Positions 40,752-54,581 are shown, counted from the stretch's first letter. The stretch: DNA of 64,000 bases from Epiperipatus broadwayi (GCA_028023455.1 JAQFVV010000009.1:4340001-4404000); one strand, 5' to 3'. Program-made: numbers and translations. Notes: generated from the letters alone by a model not told the origin.

Positions 40752-43184
40752 TAGGTTTGTAATTTCTAATATCTTCTTTATCATCTTTTTTAAATATTAA
40801 TATTAATATTGCATTCTTCCAACCATCTGGTACATCTTTATTATTTAGACATTTGGTATATAACTTTAATAAAGTTTTTTTCTATTTCTTCACCTGCTTC
40901 TCTATTAATATATCAATTATAATTCCATCATTACCTGGAGCCTTTCCTTTCTTCATACATTTAATTCCATGTCTCACTTCATTTAAAATTCTGGGCAATT
41001 CGGAAGATGTAATAGATATGAGGTACTTGTTCTTTACTACTATATAATCTTGATAAAAGTCATCTACCCATCATGATGTTATCTCCCTTTTTAGTAATAA
41101 TTCCATCTTTTTTTCTTATTGCAGATATAAATTTCCTACCAATACTAAAATATTGTTTTACACTCTTGAGACTTTTATTCTCTTCTACAGCTTTCCTTGC
41201 TAGTTCAGTTATACTTCCTTATATCTTTTTCAACTCTTTTCCACACCATTTTACAAAATTCGATATTCAATCCTTTTTAATGCATCATTTTTGTATATCT
41301 TCATATTCCTTCTTTTCTACATAAATTCTCTAGTCTCAGTAGAAATTTTATTGGTCAATTGCAGCACAAAGAAGTTTGCTATTAACTGAAAGGAGACCCT
41401 TTGATTCCTCTTGGAGGCCCTAAAGAAACCGAGCAGGGCAAATTCCTAAATGTCCACTCCATATGTTCTCATCATTGCAACTGTTATTATTATACAATCA
41501 TGGATGGGCTGCTCATCAACATGCATTAGCCAGCATGGTGAGTTTATTGGCTTTTTACCTCAGAGTTTAAGATCAAAAAACACCATGGTCTTTCTTCTCA
41601 GTTGCCTGATAAGGCGGAATGAATGTTTGTGTAAATGATAAATATTTTTTCCAATAGATATATACAATTATGACAGACAAAAATAAATCATGGCCCTTAT
41701 TCCCAGGAGGCTGTAAAGTCACCAACCAAGGCAGTGGTTGGTGGCCGAAGGCGGAGGTTGATAAAAATCCCCCGATTGCGGACCCAGGCTGCCATTTGAT
41801 GATGACTTTTTATTTAGGTACTTACAACTGCAGATCACTTTCAAGTGAAGAAAGATTGCAAGAATTAGAAGAAGAACTGTCATATTAAATGGAACATTAG
41901 TGGACTTTGTGAAGTTAAAAGAAAAGGTGAAGAGACAATTGATTTAAAAAGTTGACATGTAGTCCATTATAAAGGCACAAATATTGAAAATACAAGTGGA
42001 GTAGGATTCATTATAAATAAAAAGTGGAAGAACAACCTTGTGGAGATTGATGATGTATCGGACAGTGTCAAGATTAGTTATACAACTTAATAGCAGCTAC
42101 CAAATGCAGATATCAGGTTTATGCCCCATAAAAGTTCTAATAGTGATGAAGTAGTAGAAGATTTTTAAATAGATGTACAAAAGGTTTTTGATCAGAATAA
42201 ACAACATTTTAAAATTATTATGGGAGACATTAATGTTAGAATTGGTAAACAAATGCAAGATGAAAGTGCTGTAGGTAATTTTGGGTATGCTAATAGAAAT
42301 GAGAGAGTACATAGACATGTGGAGTGTTTTCTTGAAGGCCTGTGATGATGGTGTTCTAGTTGTATTTTTATATTGGACTATTTCCATCATCTAATATATG
42401 TATTGAAGGTCTTTAGAAAAATTTAACTTTATTTAAATATTCCAAATACATTCAATTGTTAGTAATAGCACATCAAACAGATTAGTATATGCACAACGTT
42501 TCGAGATATTAGTCTCCCCTCTTTTTCAGATGTTGCTGGCCTGACCAGTGACAGTACTAGCATGGGATTAGAACCTGGGTCCTTAGATTCTTGAGTTTTG
42601 AACTTTAAGGTAATGCTCTGACCAACTGAGCCATCCTGCCAAAGGCAACAGACTGTAGTAATTTCATATACTTATCTATGAGGTTCCTCCTGATTTCTCC
42701 ATTTTTTCCTAAGAGCAAAGTTGATTAATGGTTTCCATACATTAGGTATAGTCACACTAGGTTGGCTTATGGGATTTTTTGCCATTGTCATGTGAGCAGC
42801 TTCTTTAAATTTTCTTCTTTGTACCAAGTGAATGTGGAAGAACACATATTGGTGAGACTAGTCGTCCCATTGAAAAGTGCTTGCAAGAACACAAACTGAT
42901 GATTAGAAGAGAAAAAACAATGTGTCTAAGGTAGCAGAACATGTATGTGCCAATGAACATATGTTCAATTGGGAAAAATACAAAAATATTGGATGGAGAA
43001 GAAAAGGTACAAAGAAGAAAATTAAAAAAACTGCTCACATGACAATGGTAAAAAATCCCATAAGCCAACCTAGAGTGACTATAATGTATGGAAACCACTA
43101 ATCAACATTGCTCTTAGAGAAAGTGGATAAATCATGAGGAACCTTATAGATAACTATATAAAATTACTACAGTCTGTTGCCTTT

Positions 43185-43270
43185 GGCAGGATGGCTCGGT
43201 TGGTTAGAGCATTACCTTAAAATTTCAAAACTCAAGAATCTAAAGACCCAGGTTTGAATCCCATGCTAGT
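43185..43270 (+). ncRNA. tRNA-like Pol III internal promoter module within the PLE (antisense twin at ~42555-42640)
   Basis: A box TGGCTC(A/G)GTTGG, B box GGTT(TG/CT)AATCC, D-arm-like TGGCTCAGTTGGTYAGAGC; expanded anticodon/variable region, so not a functional tRNA. Confidence 0.7.
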
Positions 43271-43293
43271 ACTGTCACTGGTCAGGCCAGCAA

Positions 43294-43333
43294 CACCTGA
43301 AGAAGAGGGGAGACTAATATCTCTCGTAATGTG
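43294..43333 (+). ncRNA. Minimal hammerhead ribozyme remnant (antisense twin at 42492-42532)
   Basis: Consensus of arms: CAC-CTGAAGA-AGAG-GGGAGA(CTAATA)TCTCTC-GAAA-C-GTT-GTG; palindrome AACGTT; right arm has lost GAAA, left arm has G8A. Confidence 0.65.
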
Positions 43334-43618
43334 CATATATTAACCTGTTTTATGTGCTATTATTAACAGATGAATGCATTTGGAATATTTAAATAGTTAA
43401 ATTTTTCTAAAGACATTCAATACATATATTAGATGATAGAAGTAGTCCAATATAAAAATACAAATACTTGTGGAGTTTGCAGGAAAAAAAAAACCTTTAT
43501 ATTATGAATTCTTTTTTTGAGAAAAATGTTAAAAGGAAATGGACATGGAAGCATCCAAATGAAGGTACAGATGAATTGGATTATATTTTGACTAACAGAA
43601 AATACATATTTCAAGATT

Positions 43619-43745
43619 AATATATATAAGCACTTTAACACATTGAAGAAGCTGTCAGTAGTAACAAAAACAGTTACATTAAATTAATCTAGGCCTAGTA
43701 CTTTTGAGGTTTTCCCTTATATTCATGGCCAAAATAGATTATAAA
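43619..43745 (-). mobile_element. Short PLE 3' fragment of the 21.8-kb family containing the A3-U8 hammerhead (43692-43730)
   Basis: GGCC-ATGAATA-T-AAGG(GAAAA)CCTC-AAAA-GTAC-TA-GGCC; shares GAAGAAGCT at similar spacing with 21829-21837; interrupts collinear RTE sequence. Confidence 0.7.
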
Positions 43746-45249
43746 CCAATAAATTTCACACAGGAAGTAATCATTGATTAGTAAGATATAAGATACATGT
43801 TAATGCAAAACTAGAGACAAAAATTATTAAGAAAAACAATATTTACAGTTGATATTCCTAATCTTCAGAAACATTCTAATGAATTTAAATTGACTTACAA
43901 ATTGGTTTCAAGTATTAGTAGATTTTGAACATGATTCAGATTTGAATGAAATTATTATGAAAATAACTGATACACTTTTAAAAATTGCAACAAAGATAGC
44001 TGGTAGAAAAAATGACAATATACTTTCATAAATAAGAATAAATTATTTCTCTCAATTACTCCATATTTTGATTATTTTAATAGAATATTTGAAAAGATTA
44101 ATTTAAATACATATTTTGTCACACATAAATTTAAATAATGATAAATTATTAGTAATTAATAGTTGTACAAGGAACTGTGATTTATTTACCAGTTAAGTTA
44201 TGTTTTCCTTTGCCAATTGATTGAAGAAACTAATAAAAGCAATAAGCAGGAGCAGACAATTTTGTTCATTATGGCAATCAATTTTTATTTATACAAACAG
44301 GCAGACCTGTATGAAATTGAAGAAAATAATTTGTACAGCATTTGATGGTTTGAAATATATTCCCATTAATTTTTGATGAAAATATGGAAGAATCGATTAT
44401 TTATTTGAAGTTGTGTCCATTTTCCATGATAAAAACTATATACATAGAAATTCATTTTTATGAGCTTTAAATTTATTACTTTTTTTTTTTTAAACATGAT
44501 GTTCCAATCTCTTTATGTAATCAATCAGTATTACAAAAAATTATTCTTGGAAAAGAGCCAATAGACCAATAAATGATTTTGCAGTTTAATTAATAAAATG
44601 ATAAAATTAATATTTTAAATTCAACAATTGATTTCAATTAAAAATAATATTTTATACAATTATAAAATACATTACCTTTCTTTTTAAATTATAGTTTAAT
44701 AAAATGAACTTTTATTTAAATAAAGATTACAAGTATTTAAAATTAATTAATGATAGTATCAAAATACTTTAAACACATTCAATGATGTCACATTTTAATA
44801 TCATTAAACAAAATTTCTTTTCCACACATATTTGCAATTTATACACTGATGAAATATATTCCCATGGAATATATCACTTCAATACAAAATAAATAAAAAG
44901 TAAAAAAATTTCTAAATTTTTTTTTTTGCTCATTAAAAATATCATAAGCAAATAGCTGAAATAATATTTTTCAGTAAAATGTAGACCTTTCTAATTTAAA
45001 AATGATCTCTTTCAACACAAAAATATATATATATTATAGTACTGTACTTCTTTTAGAAAAAGTACAATATTAACTTTATAATAAAATTTTCTAAATATAA
45101 CATCTATTTATTATTGATATACATACCAAACATATATTGTACCCTGCCAAAAAGATAATAACCTATAGAAATTTTTACAGATATATAAATTAGATTATAC
45201 TTTTATTTTCTTTAGGTACAACTTTATACTCTTATTATTTCAAATTATT

Positions 45250-47550
45250 TTTAATTTAAATTAGCAATTATGACACCAAATATCCTATTCGATAAGATCA
45301 CAAACCTTTTAACATTAAACAAATATCAACGTATCTATTCAATGACATAAGAACACCAAGATACTCCTTATTAAGCATCTAGATATTCCCATGACTAACA
45401 ATAATAATTAATAAAATATAATGAAACATTTATAAGTATCAACTTTAATGTGAATTAATTAATAAGATTATAATGACTACTGAATATATGTTTCCAATCA
45501 TTATTATTCTAATAAGGTTATAATTAATAATAATAATACAAGATCTCAGGATTTCATTGATTCTTAATTAACACTTTAATTAACCTATTAGATATAAAGA
45601 GGAATTTTACTTTAATCTATAAGTAATACAATAATTATGAAATCTTTTAATTATCATAATTATAAATAAGACTATCTTAACCTTTTTATGATCTATAATA
45701 CTTTAAGAATAAATAACTAATTTTACTTTAATTAAAATAATAATACATAATCTTAACAATAAAATATGATTTTCCAAAATCAACACGTTACTACATTTAG
45801 AATACATACTTCATTGATGACTTATGTGATCATAGTAGTTTGTTATAGATTAATATAATCTTTTAAAATACGTTACTCTTAAATAATTACTATACCTTAT
45901 CTTATTCTTAATTAATTCTTATTCAAGATTTAAATAATTTGTATTGTACCATTAACACTGTGAAGCTGGTGTAGTGATGATGACTCAGAATAAAGAAACA
46001 CCTGTATTTAATCAAATTTATAAATATTAAATTTATTAACATTATTTACAAATTTTTTAAATAATTATCTTTTGAACTAATAAATAATTTAACAAACAAT
46101 AAAAATATATATAATACTATAACACAGTAAAATTATTTACATACTAAAATATCTCTATCCTTTAATTATAATTGTTAAGAACTAGAAATTAAATACCTTC
46201 TTTAAATAATATAAGGTTTTCTTGTTATAGCTCAACTTTATTTTCCTTATCCAATAAAAATGTGTACACTAATTGTGCTATAACACCATATTGATGACCA
46301 ATATATAATTTTATGACTACTATTTACAATTATTATTATTTAGCGTTTCTTTTCAACAAATATAATTTAAAAACTGTTGACAACTCTAAATCCATAAGAA
46401 GATTAAAAAATATTTATTTTCTTTAAATCAAAAAAACAATATTATTTTCATTTTCTAAAATATTAATATCTTTTTTTATTATATTTTATGACATTTATTA
46501 TTTTTGATCTGTTATCTTAGGCCAATAAAATTTTAATTAACAATTATTGAACTATTGGTTTTTAGCATAACCCTCAATCTTTAATAATTAATTCTGTGAA
46601 TAAATTAAAAACATTATATTGTATACTTTAAAATTCTGAAAACTTATCTCTTGAAATAACTTAATTTTTAATTTCATTATACTATCATGAGTATTAATAT
46701 AATACATTTTGGTATATCATTAAAACAAAAAATTCCTAAATTTAGTATATCTACCAAAAACATAGACAATAGCCATCTATATTTCTAATTTAACTTTGCA
46801 AATTCCCTTGCTTTCATCCTCAACCTATACTTTTTTCTATAATATACTGATAATAAACAAAAAAGCCCCAATTCAGAATTGAATATAAATATACTATAAT
46901 TATATCCGATTAAATGAGATTAAAACTTAAATATCACAATATATACTTTAACATTATATTTTTATACACATATATTTTATCCTCTTTAAATTAATACGTT
47001 ATTATTTTTATACTTATATTGACCTACATTATTATTCATCCCCATTTATTAAAATCTATTGATAATGCTAAACAAGATAAGATTTAAAACAATTAAATAC
47101 ATAAATAAAACAAGTTATTAACTTTTATATATTTAAATATCACCATATCTTTATAATACTTGTCTAAAACATAAAATTTAAAACTATTCAAACACCAACA
47201 ACCAATTTTCATCCTTGGGAGGTTTTATTCCCATGGTGATCAAAACATTTCAAACATTTTAAACAACTTACAGTTGGTGTCCCCCTTCACTGATCTACAA
47301 TTTTTCTTGAAATATGAATTGCAGAAATTCCAATGTAAATAATTATTTCCTAATTTGACAAAACTTATTATAAAAATAAATTTTCACAACTTCAGAAATT
47401 ATATTTTATAATTCACGTTATCCCATGGATATTCCTTGCATTATCCTTTGATTCTAAAAACGTATTTTGAATTATGGTTTTAACTTAACAATAGTTGAAC
47501 ACTATTTACACAAGTTGAAAAATACTTCATTATGAATAAAATTAAAGTAA
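45250..47550 (-). mobile_element. Heavily decayed Ty3/Gypsy pol remnant
   Basis: Integrase-like GYAKNQ...FYWPKITD at ~46500-46580 and a YHPQ.NG-like remnant at ~45950; no long ORFs. Confidence 0.4.
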
Positions 47551-47619
47551 AATTAAGATAACAAAAATATTTTATTTTACAGGGCAAAAGTAATTGAAAT
47601 TGTCAATCACTTACACAGA

Positions 47620-50600
47620 ATGGTTAAGATAGAATAATTTTTTTTAGGAAAGAATAATTTCTAAACTCAACAACTATTTTAACTTTTTTCCTCAAGGCAT
47701 CAATATTTAGACTGCATTTTAAATAGAAAATATCTTTAGGAAAAAAAATGTATGACTACGAGATAGCATTCAGAGACCTGTTTAGAAATTGCATAAAAGA
47801 TTTTTTCGAAGAAGCAGTTTTTAAACAGTTCCACTGGAACATGTCAGATGAATGACTTAAACAGCAAAGAAAAATCTGACATATAAAGGTGTAATCCAGA
47901 AGGGCTTAGCTTAAAATATTCCTACAGCAATCCAGTAAATTTCAAAACAAAATGTGATCAACAGACATAACTTTTATCAGTGTCCACGAATAAAATTAAT
48001 AGGCAAATCAGAACCATAAAAGATAAAAATTGTATGTTTTGCTACGAAAAACATGGATATAACAAATACTAAAAATGCAAGTCTAAAAAATGTACTTACT
48101 AATGGTTTAACGGGTATAAATCAGATAAAAAATAGACCAAAAAGTAAATGAACATGACCAAACACAAAGCAAAGACAATACATTAACAATATAAAAATAA
48201 GTTTATTGAGCAAATACTGCTATTTCTCCAAATCTTTGGGGAAAATATAACCATAGACACTGATAGTTGCTGCCATCTCATTTATATATATATATATAAA
48301 ATCAATCAAACAATCAGGAACAAAAAGCCATTATTAAAGACCTAAGATAGAAAAAGATAAAAATCAGCAATCATAAAGACCAATAATGTAAAGTTAACGA
48401 GCTTTACCACTGCACATAGTTCAAAGTGAAATTAAGGTTATTATAGGTCAAGAAATATTAATAGTATTGGGTATAAAAGTCAACATAATTATAAAAATAA
48501 ATATTGCATGTGAAATCAAAAGTAGATTCTCCGGCCTACTCAAAACAAAATGCTAATAAAAATTAAACTTGTAAAAATTATTCTTAAATATTAAAGGGCA
48601 AAATCTGTTATTCATATGCATATAAAGCATCATTTGTAAAAAGAGAAGGTTAAAAAATTCTTAATGAATTAGTAAAAAAAGGAATATAGAAGTCTGATTC
48701 AGCCATACCTATTGTCTTAATTACAAAATCAGATGAAAAGTTAACAATTTATGGCTATTATCATTACACAATAAATGAAAATCTCAATAAAGGAACTTAA
48801 CCTATGCTAAACATTAGAGAAATATTTTGCTTTTACAGACCTTTGCAAAAATTAGGTTTAAAGCTATGTTCCATCAGACTTGTATTAAGTGAAAGATCAT
48901 CAAAATTATTATCAATAACTATGATGCACATTGGTCTGTTTTATTGCATCTATTTTTTGTAGCACAAATATTCTACTCCAGGGTATAAACAGTATTATTC
49001 TATACTTCAACAACATATTCATGACTGCAAACTCAGAATGATTGAATAAACAGGTAAATGAAGTCTGTCAAAGGCTAAAAAAAATTTGAAGTACAACAGA
49101 ATAAAAAGAAGTATATATGAAATAATCACAAGCTAGTTTCTTAAACATGTAATTAGTAAAAAAGATATATCACCTGCTCCTGAGAAGGTGCAAGCAGTAC
49201 AGAACATCCCAAAAGAGAACTACAAACTTTTTTAGAACTTGTAAATTATTTTGAACCTTTTCTAAAGTGTAAAGCATCCACCCATTGTATGATTTGAAAT
49301 ATCAAAAATGAATATAAACCAAAATCCAAATTAACGAATTTAAACAAATTAAGATTTTGTTATTCTTGAATAAATAGTTAACATCACAACAGCAATCTTG
49401 ATGTAATATTTATCCCTGACACTTCTGAATATAGCATACAGCATCAACCATGAATAAGTGGATATGAAAAGATACTTGATCTATTTTACTATGGTCATCC
49501 AAGAATAGTAAGTCACAGTGCTGATAAGAAGCTTGCCTGATGAAATAATATTAATTGAGAAATTGTAAAATTTCATTAAAATTGAAAATTGTAGCAATCA
49601 GTATGTAAACTGCTGGAGAAAATAAATATAACATGGCCTAAAGCAGGTGTGTCCAACATGTTGATTGCAATCAATTAGTCGATTGCGAAGAAATTTTAAG
49701 TCAATTGCACGAGCAAAAATAAATTTTATATAGAAAAGATTTATCTTTAAAAACTAAAATTTAAAAAAAAATTTTTTTGAAAAGCAACCATTGAAATTTG
49801 GAATTTTTTGATTTGAATACGAAATCCAATTTAAAACTAAAATTTTAAAAACTATAAGCTTATAAAAAACAGTCAAATAAAAAATTGAAAACAATCAATA
49901 AATTTACTATCATTTCATTTCGCCACGTCTATTTTGATTATAATACAAAAAAAAAATGTTTATTTTTGAATTTTCATTTAAGTAGGCAGACTAGTTTTGA
50001 CATTTTCATTTTTTTTAAATAATTTTTAAAAAGTTTTTTTCAATTGTGAAAAGTGGCTTCGGTACTTAAATTTTATTAATTTAATATTATATGACAATTT
50101 TTTCGATAATTCTTATTTTGTGGCAAAAATTAAATTATTTGATGTTTTCCTCATAATGAGCAATAAAAAAGCAAAAATATATTTCAATAATGATTGGGAA
50201 AAAGTTTTTATTCATCATGTATAAAGAAAAATGTTTATGTTTATTGTGTAATTCTACAATAGCTTTACCGAAAAGAGGTAATCTAAACAGACATTTTACT
50301 ACTATTCATTCAAGTTTTGATTGAGATTTTCCTCCAAAATCTATAAGAAAATCTGAAGTACAAAGATTAAAAAGATCTCTAAATTCACAGCAATCTTCAG
50401 TCAAAAAAAGCTGTAAATCAACAATGACAACGGTGGCACCTCTCCATGTGTATCGAATTTTTATAAAGCACAAAAAGCCTTTTACATATAGTGAGATACT
50501 CAAAAAAGCTTTTTTGGCTGCAGCAGATAACTTATTTCACAATTTTAAAAATAAAATGAAGATTGTTGTTGCTATTCAAGATATACAACTTTTTAGACAA

Positions 50601-52700
50601 ACTGTAACAAGATGAGTTGAAACTGTGGAGATGGATTTAACATCACAACTTAAACAGGATTTTGAAAATTGTTCATTGTTTTCACTTCAATTTTAGTATA
50701 TTTGTACATTTAGTATTCCCTATCTTTAAAAGAGTGAACCAGAGAAGAGGACATCTACAATATTTTTAAAGCTTTCACAATATCTGAAAATCTTCTTCTT
50801 AAGAAGTTCATTTCCATTACTACAGATGGTGCTCCTTCTATGACTTGTTATGAAAATGGATTTTTAGCATTTTGTGAGATATTGATTTTCTAATTTTACT
50901 TCGTACCACTGCATAATTCATCAACAACCATTATGCAGTAAAATGTTGAACCTTGATGTTATGGATACAACTATTAAAATAATCAATTCGATTAAGGCGA
51001 AAGCACTGCAAAAAAGGTTGTTTCAGTCATTTAGATAGCATTAATACAGATTATGGTGACTTAGTTCTCCATAATTCAGTCAGATTGTTAAACAAAGCTA
51101 ATGTTTTAGAAAGATTCTGCAAGCTATTGCCATATATAAAAGATTTTCTAAACAAAAAAAAAAAAGATCCTTATGCTGTTTTACTTCACAAAAAAATGTG
51201 ACTGCAAAAGCTAGCATTTTTAACAGATCTAACAACTAAATTAAATGAATTAAATCTAGATTTGCAAGAACAAAACAAAACAATAACTGACATGATTAAC
51301 TCCATTAATAAATTTTAAATGAAACTAGGAATGTGGATTCCTCAATTAATAAAAAAGATTTGAAACATTCGCAAATTGGGCCAAACATAGAAATGTGATT
51401 ACCAAGAATTTGGAACTATTTTGTAAAACATTCTTCTGCAATTTCAACAACAATTTCAAGACTTTGAAAAACTTCGATCAATCACTTCATTTTTCACATC
51501 ATCATTCTCTAAAATAAAGAAAATCAAACTGTATTAATCACAGAAGTATTTAATACGGATGTAGGTAACAACAGTAATTGAACTACAAAATGACATTAGA
51601 TTGAAACTGCATGATCAATTCGATATATGGAAGTATACTACAATTGAAAATTATCTGCTATTGAAAGATGCATATCTTAGACTTTATTCATGTTTTGCAT
51701 CCACATATTTATGTTAATCAACATTTTCTCATATGAGTTATATAAAATCTAAATATCGTCCTCGTATGACTGAAAATGATTTTAATGGCTGTTTATGCTT
51801 GGCTATTTCTAATTGCAAACCAAGTTATTCAAAAATAACTAATAATATTTAATGTCAATCATCACATTAAATAAATTTGTTTAAAATTTTAACTACATTT
51901 ATTTATTTCATTTATAAATTGATTCATTTTGCTTTTTTCGCCCATTTAGTCAATTGCCATTTAATTGGAAAATAAAAAGTGGCCCTTAGGTTCTAAAAGG
52001 TTGGAAACACCTGGCTTAAAGCAACAAGTCATGACATTAAATCCATAGCATTAATGTTGGCTCCTTCTGAAGAATTTTTTTATTTATTTGTGTGTTATTC
52101 TTAATGGATAGAATATCTGGTAGCAAAAAAATATGAGTGAAGAAACATTAAAAAAATTAAAAGACCACATATTTAGGTTTGTCAGACTTGCATCTGACAA
52201 TGGTTCTGGATTTACTTTTTATAAACTAATTCAATACTTAACTAAATGAGAGCTTAAACAAAAACTTATGCTGACCTTATCAACCAGTTTAATTGGAAAT
52301 AAGGATATTAAAAAGAGTTGTAAATAAAGCTGTTTTTCGATGTTACAATAACATCTAACTCCAACACAAAAAATACTACTAAATTACTGTCTGTAAGAAA
52401 TCTTAAAAACAAATTAACTATTCTGTAAAAAACAATTATTGACCAAATGAAATTGCAAGCTGACAAAAAATTTCAACCAGAGATATATTGCAGGAAAAAT
52501 GGAATAAAGCAACCATATCAAATTTTTGCCCATACAAATTATCAAAATCCTGAGAAGATGAACACAAATGAGGAAACACAAAATCATGTGATGATCTTGC
52601 AAATGTCAACATAACAGATAACTCTACAGATGAGAGTTCAGAAGATGAAAAAAAAAAAATGGAATGGTTAATACCAATTCAAAATTATTACTCTAGCTAA
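47620..52700 (+). mobile_element. Decayed Ty3/Gypsy element interrupted by a hAT transposon
   Basis: Order of remnants: gag knuckle (~48035), protease IDTDS (~48250), RT (~48580-49150), PEKVQAVQNIP (~49180), integrase SDNGSGF (~52195). Confidence 0.6.
49644..52013 (+). mobile_element. hAT transposon (Buster/SPIN, GTF2IRD2-like transposase pseudogene)
   Basis: TIRs CAGGTGTGTCCAAC / GTTGGAAACACCTG; 8-bp TSD GCCTAAAG/GCTTAAAG; CLCLLCNSTIALPKRGNLNRHF, TTDGAP, YHCIIHQQ and C-terminal FASTYLC-type motifs. Confidence 0.92.
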
Positions 52701-53499
52701 TAATGCTTTTAAGAAATATTAATCAAAAATTTAAAAAAAAAAAAGGAAAGATCCAAAATACCTAAAAGACTATGTAAGATTAACTTCACTGGAAAAGGAG
52801 GAGAAAATGCTATTTATCAAGCCAATAATATAGTAAATGAAAACTAATATTGTAATAAAAATTAAGTAATTAATTCCTCAGTTTAGATTAAACAAAAACT
52901 AATGTTCATATGTTATAGTTTTTGCGGTGTGTGTGTCTAATCAACTAATACCAATTAGTTGATTCAAAAATTAATTAAATAATGTCTGAAATTCCACAAA
53001 GATTAATTCAAAAAACTACCAAAGATGAGTGGCTACCCCAGATAAAGAATAAAAAAAAACATTTATAAAAATGAGAAGTAAATTGTCAAAACAACTTTTT
53101 TCTTGTCTGAAGCAAACAATTTGTTCAGCAACTAAGCAAAATAGGAGTAAACAGTGGACAATATCACAATTTTGAAGTGCAAAGCAGATATAGGAAATTT
53201 TATAAAGGCCATCCCATCTTCATTATTATTTAGGAAGCCTTCAGGTAAATTTAAATATTCATAATTGTAAATAAAATCTTTAAAACTCATATAGTCACTC
53301 CAATTACTAAAAATATATATTCTTTATTACATAGTACTTGTTTGTAAAGTTTAAAGAACCTATATATTCACTATATAACTTAATATATTTATTTGTACAA
53401 TGTTAGTATTGAAAAAATAATCAATTATTAAATATTGAGTTAAACCAGGCTAATTTTTTCTGGATTTTAGTTAAACAAGTTATTTATTAACCCATTCGG

Positions 53500-54500
53500 T
53501 GCTATATCATATCACCAGCCGTAAATTAAATTTTATATTAGTCATTGCAGAGAGTGCAACAAACTAAACCAATGTTAACAATGCTTACTCAAACATTGTT
53601 ATGCTCTCTTATTAATTCATCTAAATAAATATTTAAGAAAAGATATACTCCTACCTCTATCTATCTCTATTACAACTGCTTCAAGAGTCAAATTGTTGTT
53701 ATTTTTCAATCTACAATGTATCTTTATTTTTCTTAAAAATACAGCAAAATAATCTAATTCACTTACAAAATAATAATAAAGCAATCATCATAACTCCAAT
53801 TGCATCTTTTGACTTTCTACTCTTTCTAATTTTAGTTACATGTGACATTAAATTTATTCTAAAATTAATATATTTCATTGCATCAGGTCTTTTCTCTAAA
53901 CAATCATTACTGTTTAAAAAAAAGGGCAAGATCCATTCCTATTTTCCTCTGATAAAATTTGATATAAAATCTTTGGCATAGAATTCAAAATCCTTTATCC
54001 ATTGAATCTTAAAAAAACAGTTGCTTCAATGTTAATACACTGGCTTAATCTTATCAAACAAAACTTTTAGATTGAGATCATATTCCTAGTTCTATTAAGA
54101 AAATATATTCAACTACAATAAATGAAAGTATCTTTTAAAATGAACATAATCTACACAACAGTCCATGATATGTAAGACTGATCTTGGATTATAAACTAGC
54201 TTACTTTACTAATAGCTTTAAAATCATTTTTATGAACAACCTTCTTCTTTGGAAATGTATATACTCTTTTTTTAACATCTGCATATTCTATTGATTGCTG
54301 TCTTTTTGCAAATAAAACAGCACACATAAAACTTGTGGATTATCAATTAAATATTATTGTAATGAATGTTAGACATATTCAAATTCATTTCCTTATAATG
54401 GATGCCTATCTTATTTTTCCATTAGATATCCAATAAAAACTTGTCTAATAGAAAATATATAAAATCTATTAAATAAAGCAGATTTCGTATTAACATCATA
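53500..54500 (-). mobile_element. Decayed LINE RT fragment
   Basis: Remnant G..LFLNIYLDELIR at ~53610-53660 with upstream RT-like remnants. Confidence 0.35.
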
Positions 54501-54581
54501 ATAACTTAACTAATAAGTCTCAAGACAAGATCTCCTTTTCTGGAAGCTTAATCATAAAATGCTTTAAACAACTGAATTACG

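Larger units (their letters stand above)
42326..43465 (+). mobile_element. Penelope-like element with an inverted terminal repeat (~460-bp arms) inserted in the RTE
   Basis: GIY-YIG remnant CGRTHIGETSRPIEKCLQEH...SKVAEHVCANEHMFNW at ~42830-42980; arms ~42360-42825 and 43006-43463; TSD AC(A/T)TGTGGAGT at 42315-42325 and 43466-43476. Confidence 0.85.
36952..44006 (-). mobile_element. Full-length RTE LINE with an inverted 5' third, carrying three later insertions
   Basis: 3' two-thirds on minus (36952-~41362; RT ORFs 37056-38090), 5' third on plus (~41362-44006; MTFYLGTYNCRSLSSEERLQELEEEL); TSD AAAAAATGA(T/C)AAT at 36939-36951 and 44007-44019. Confidence 0.88.
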
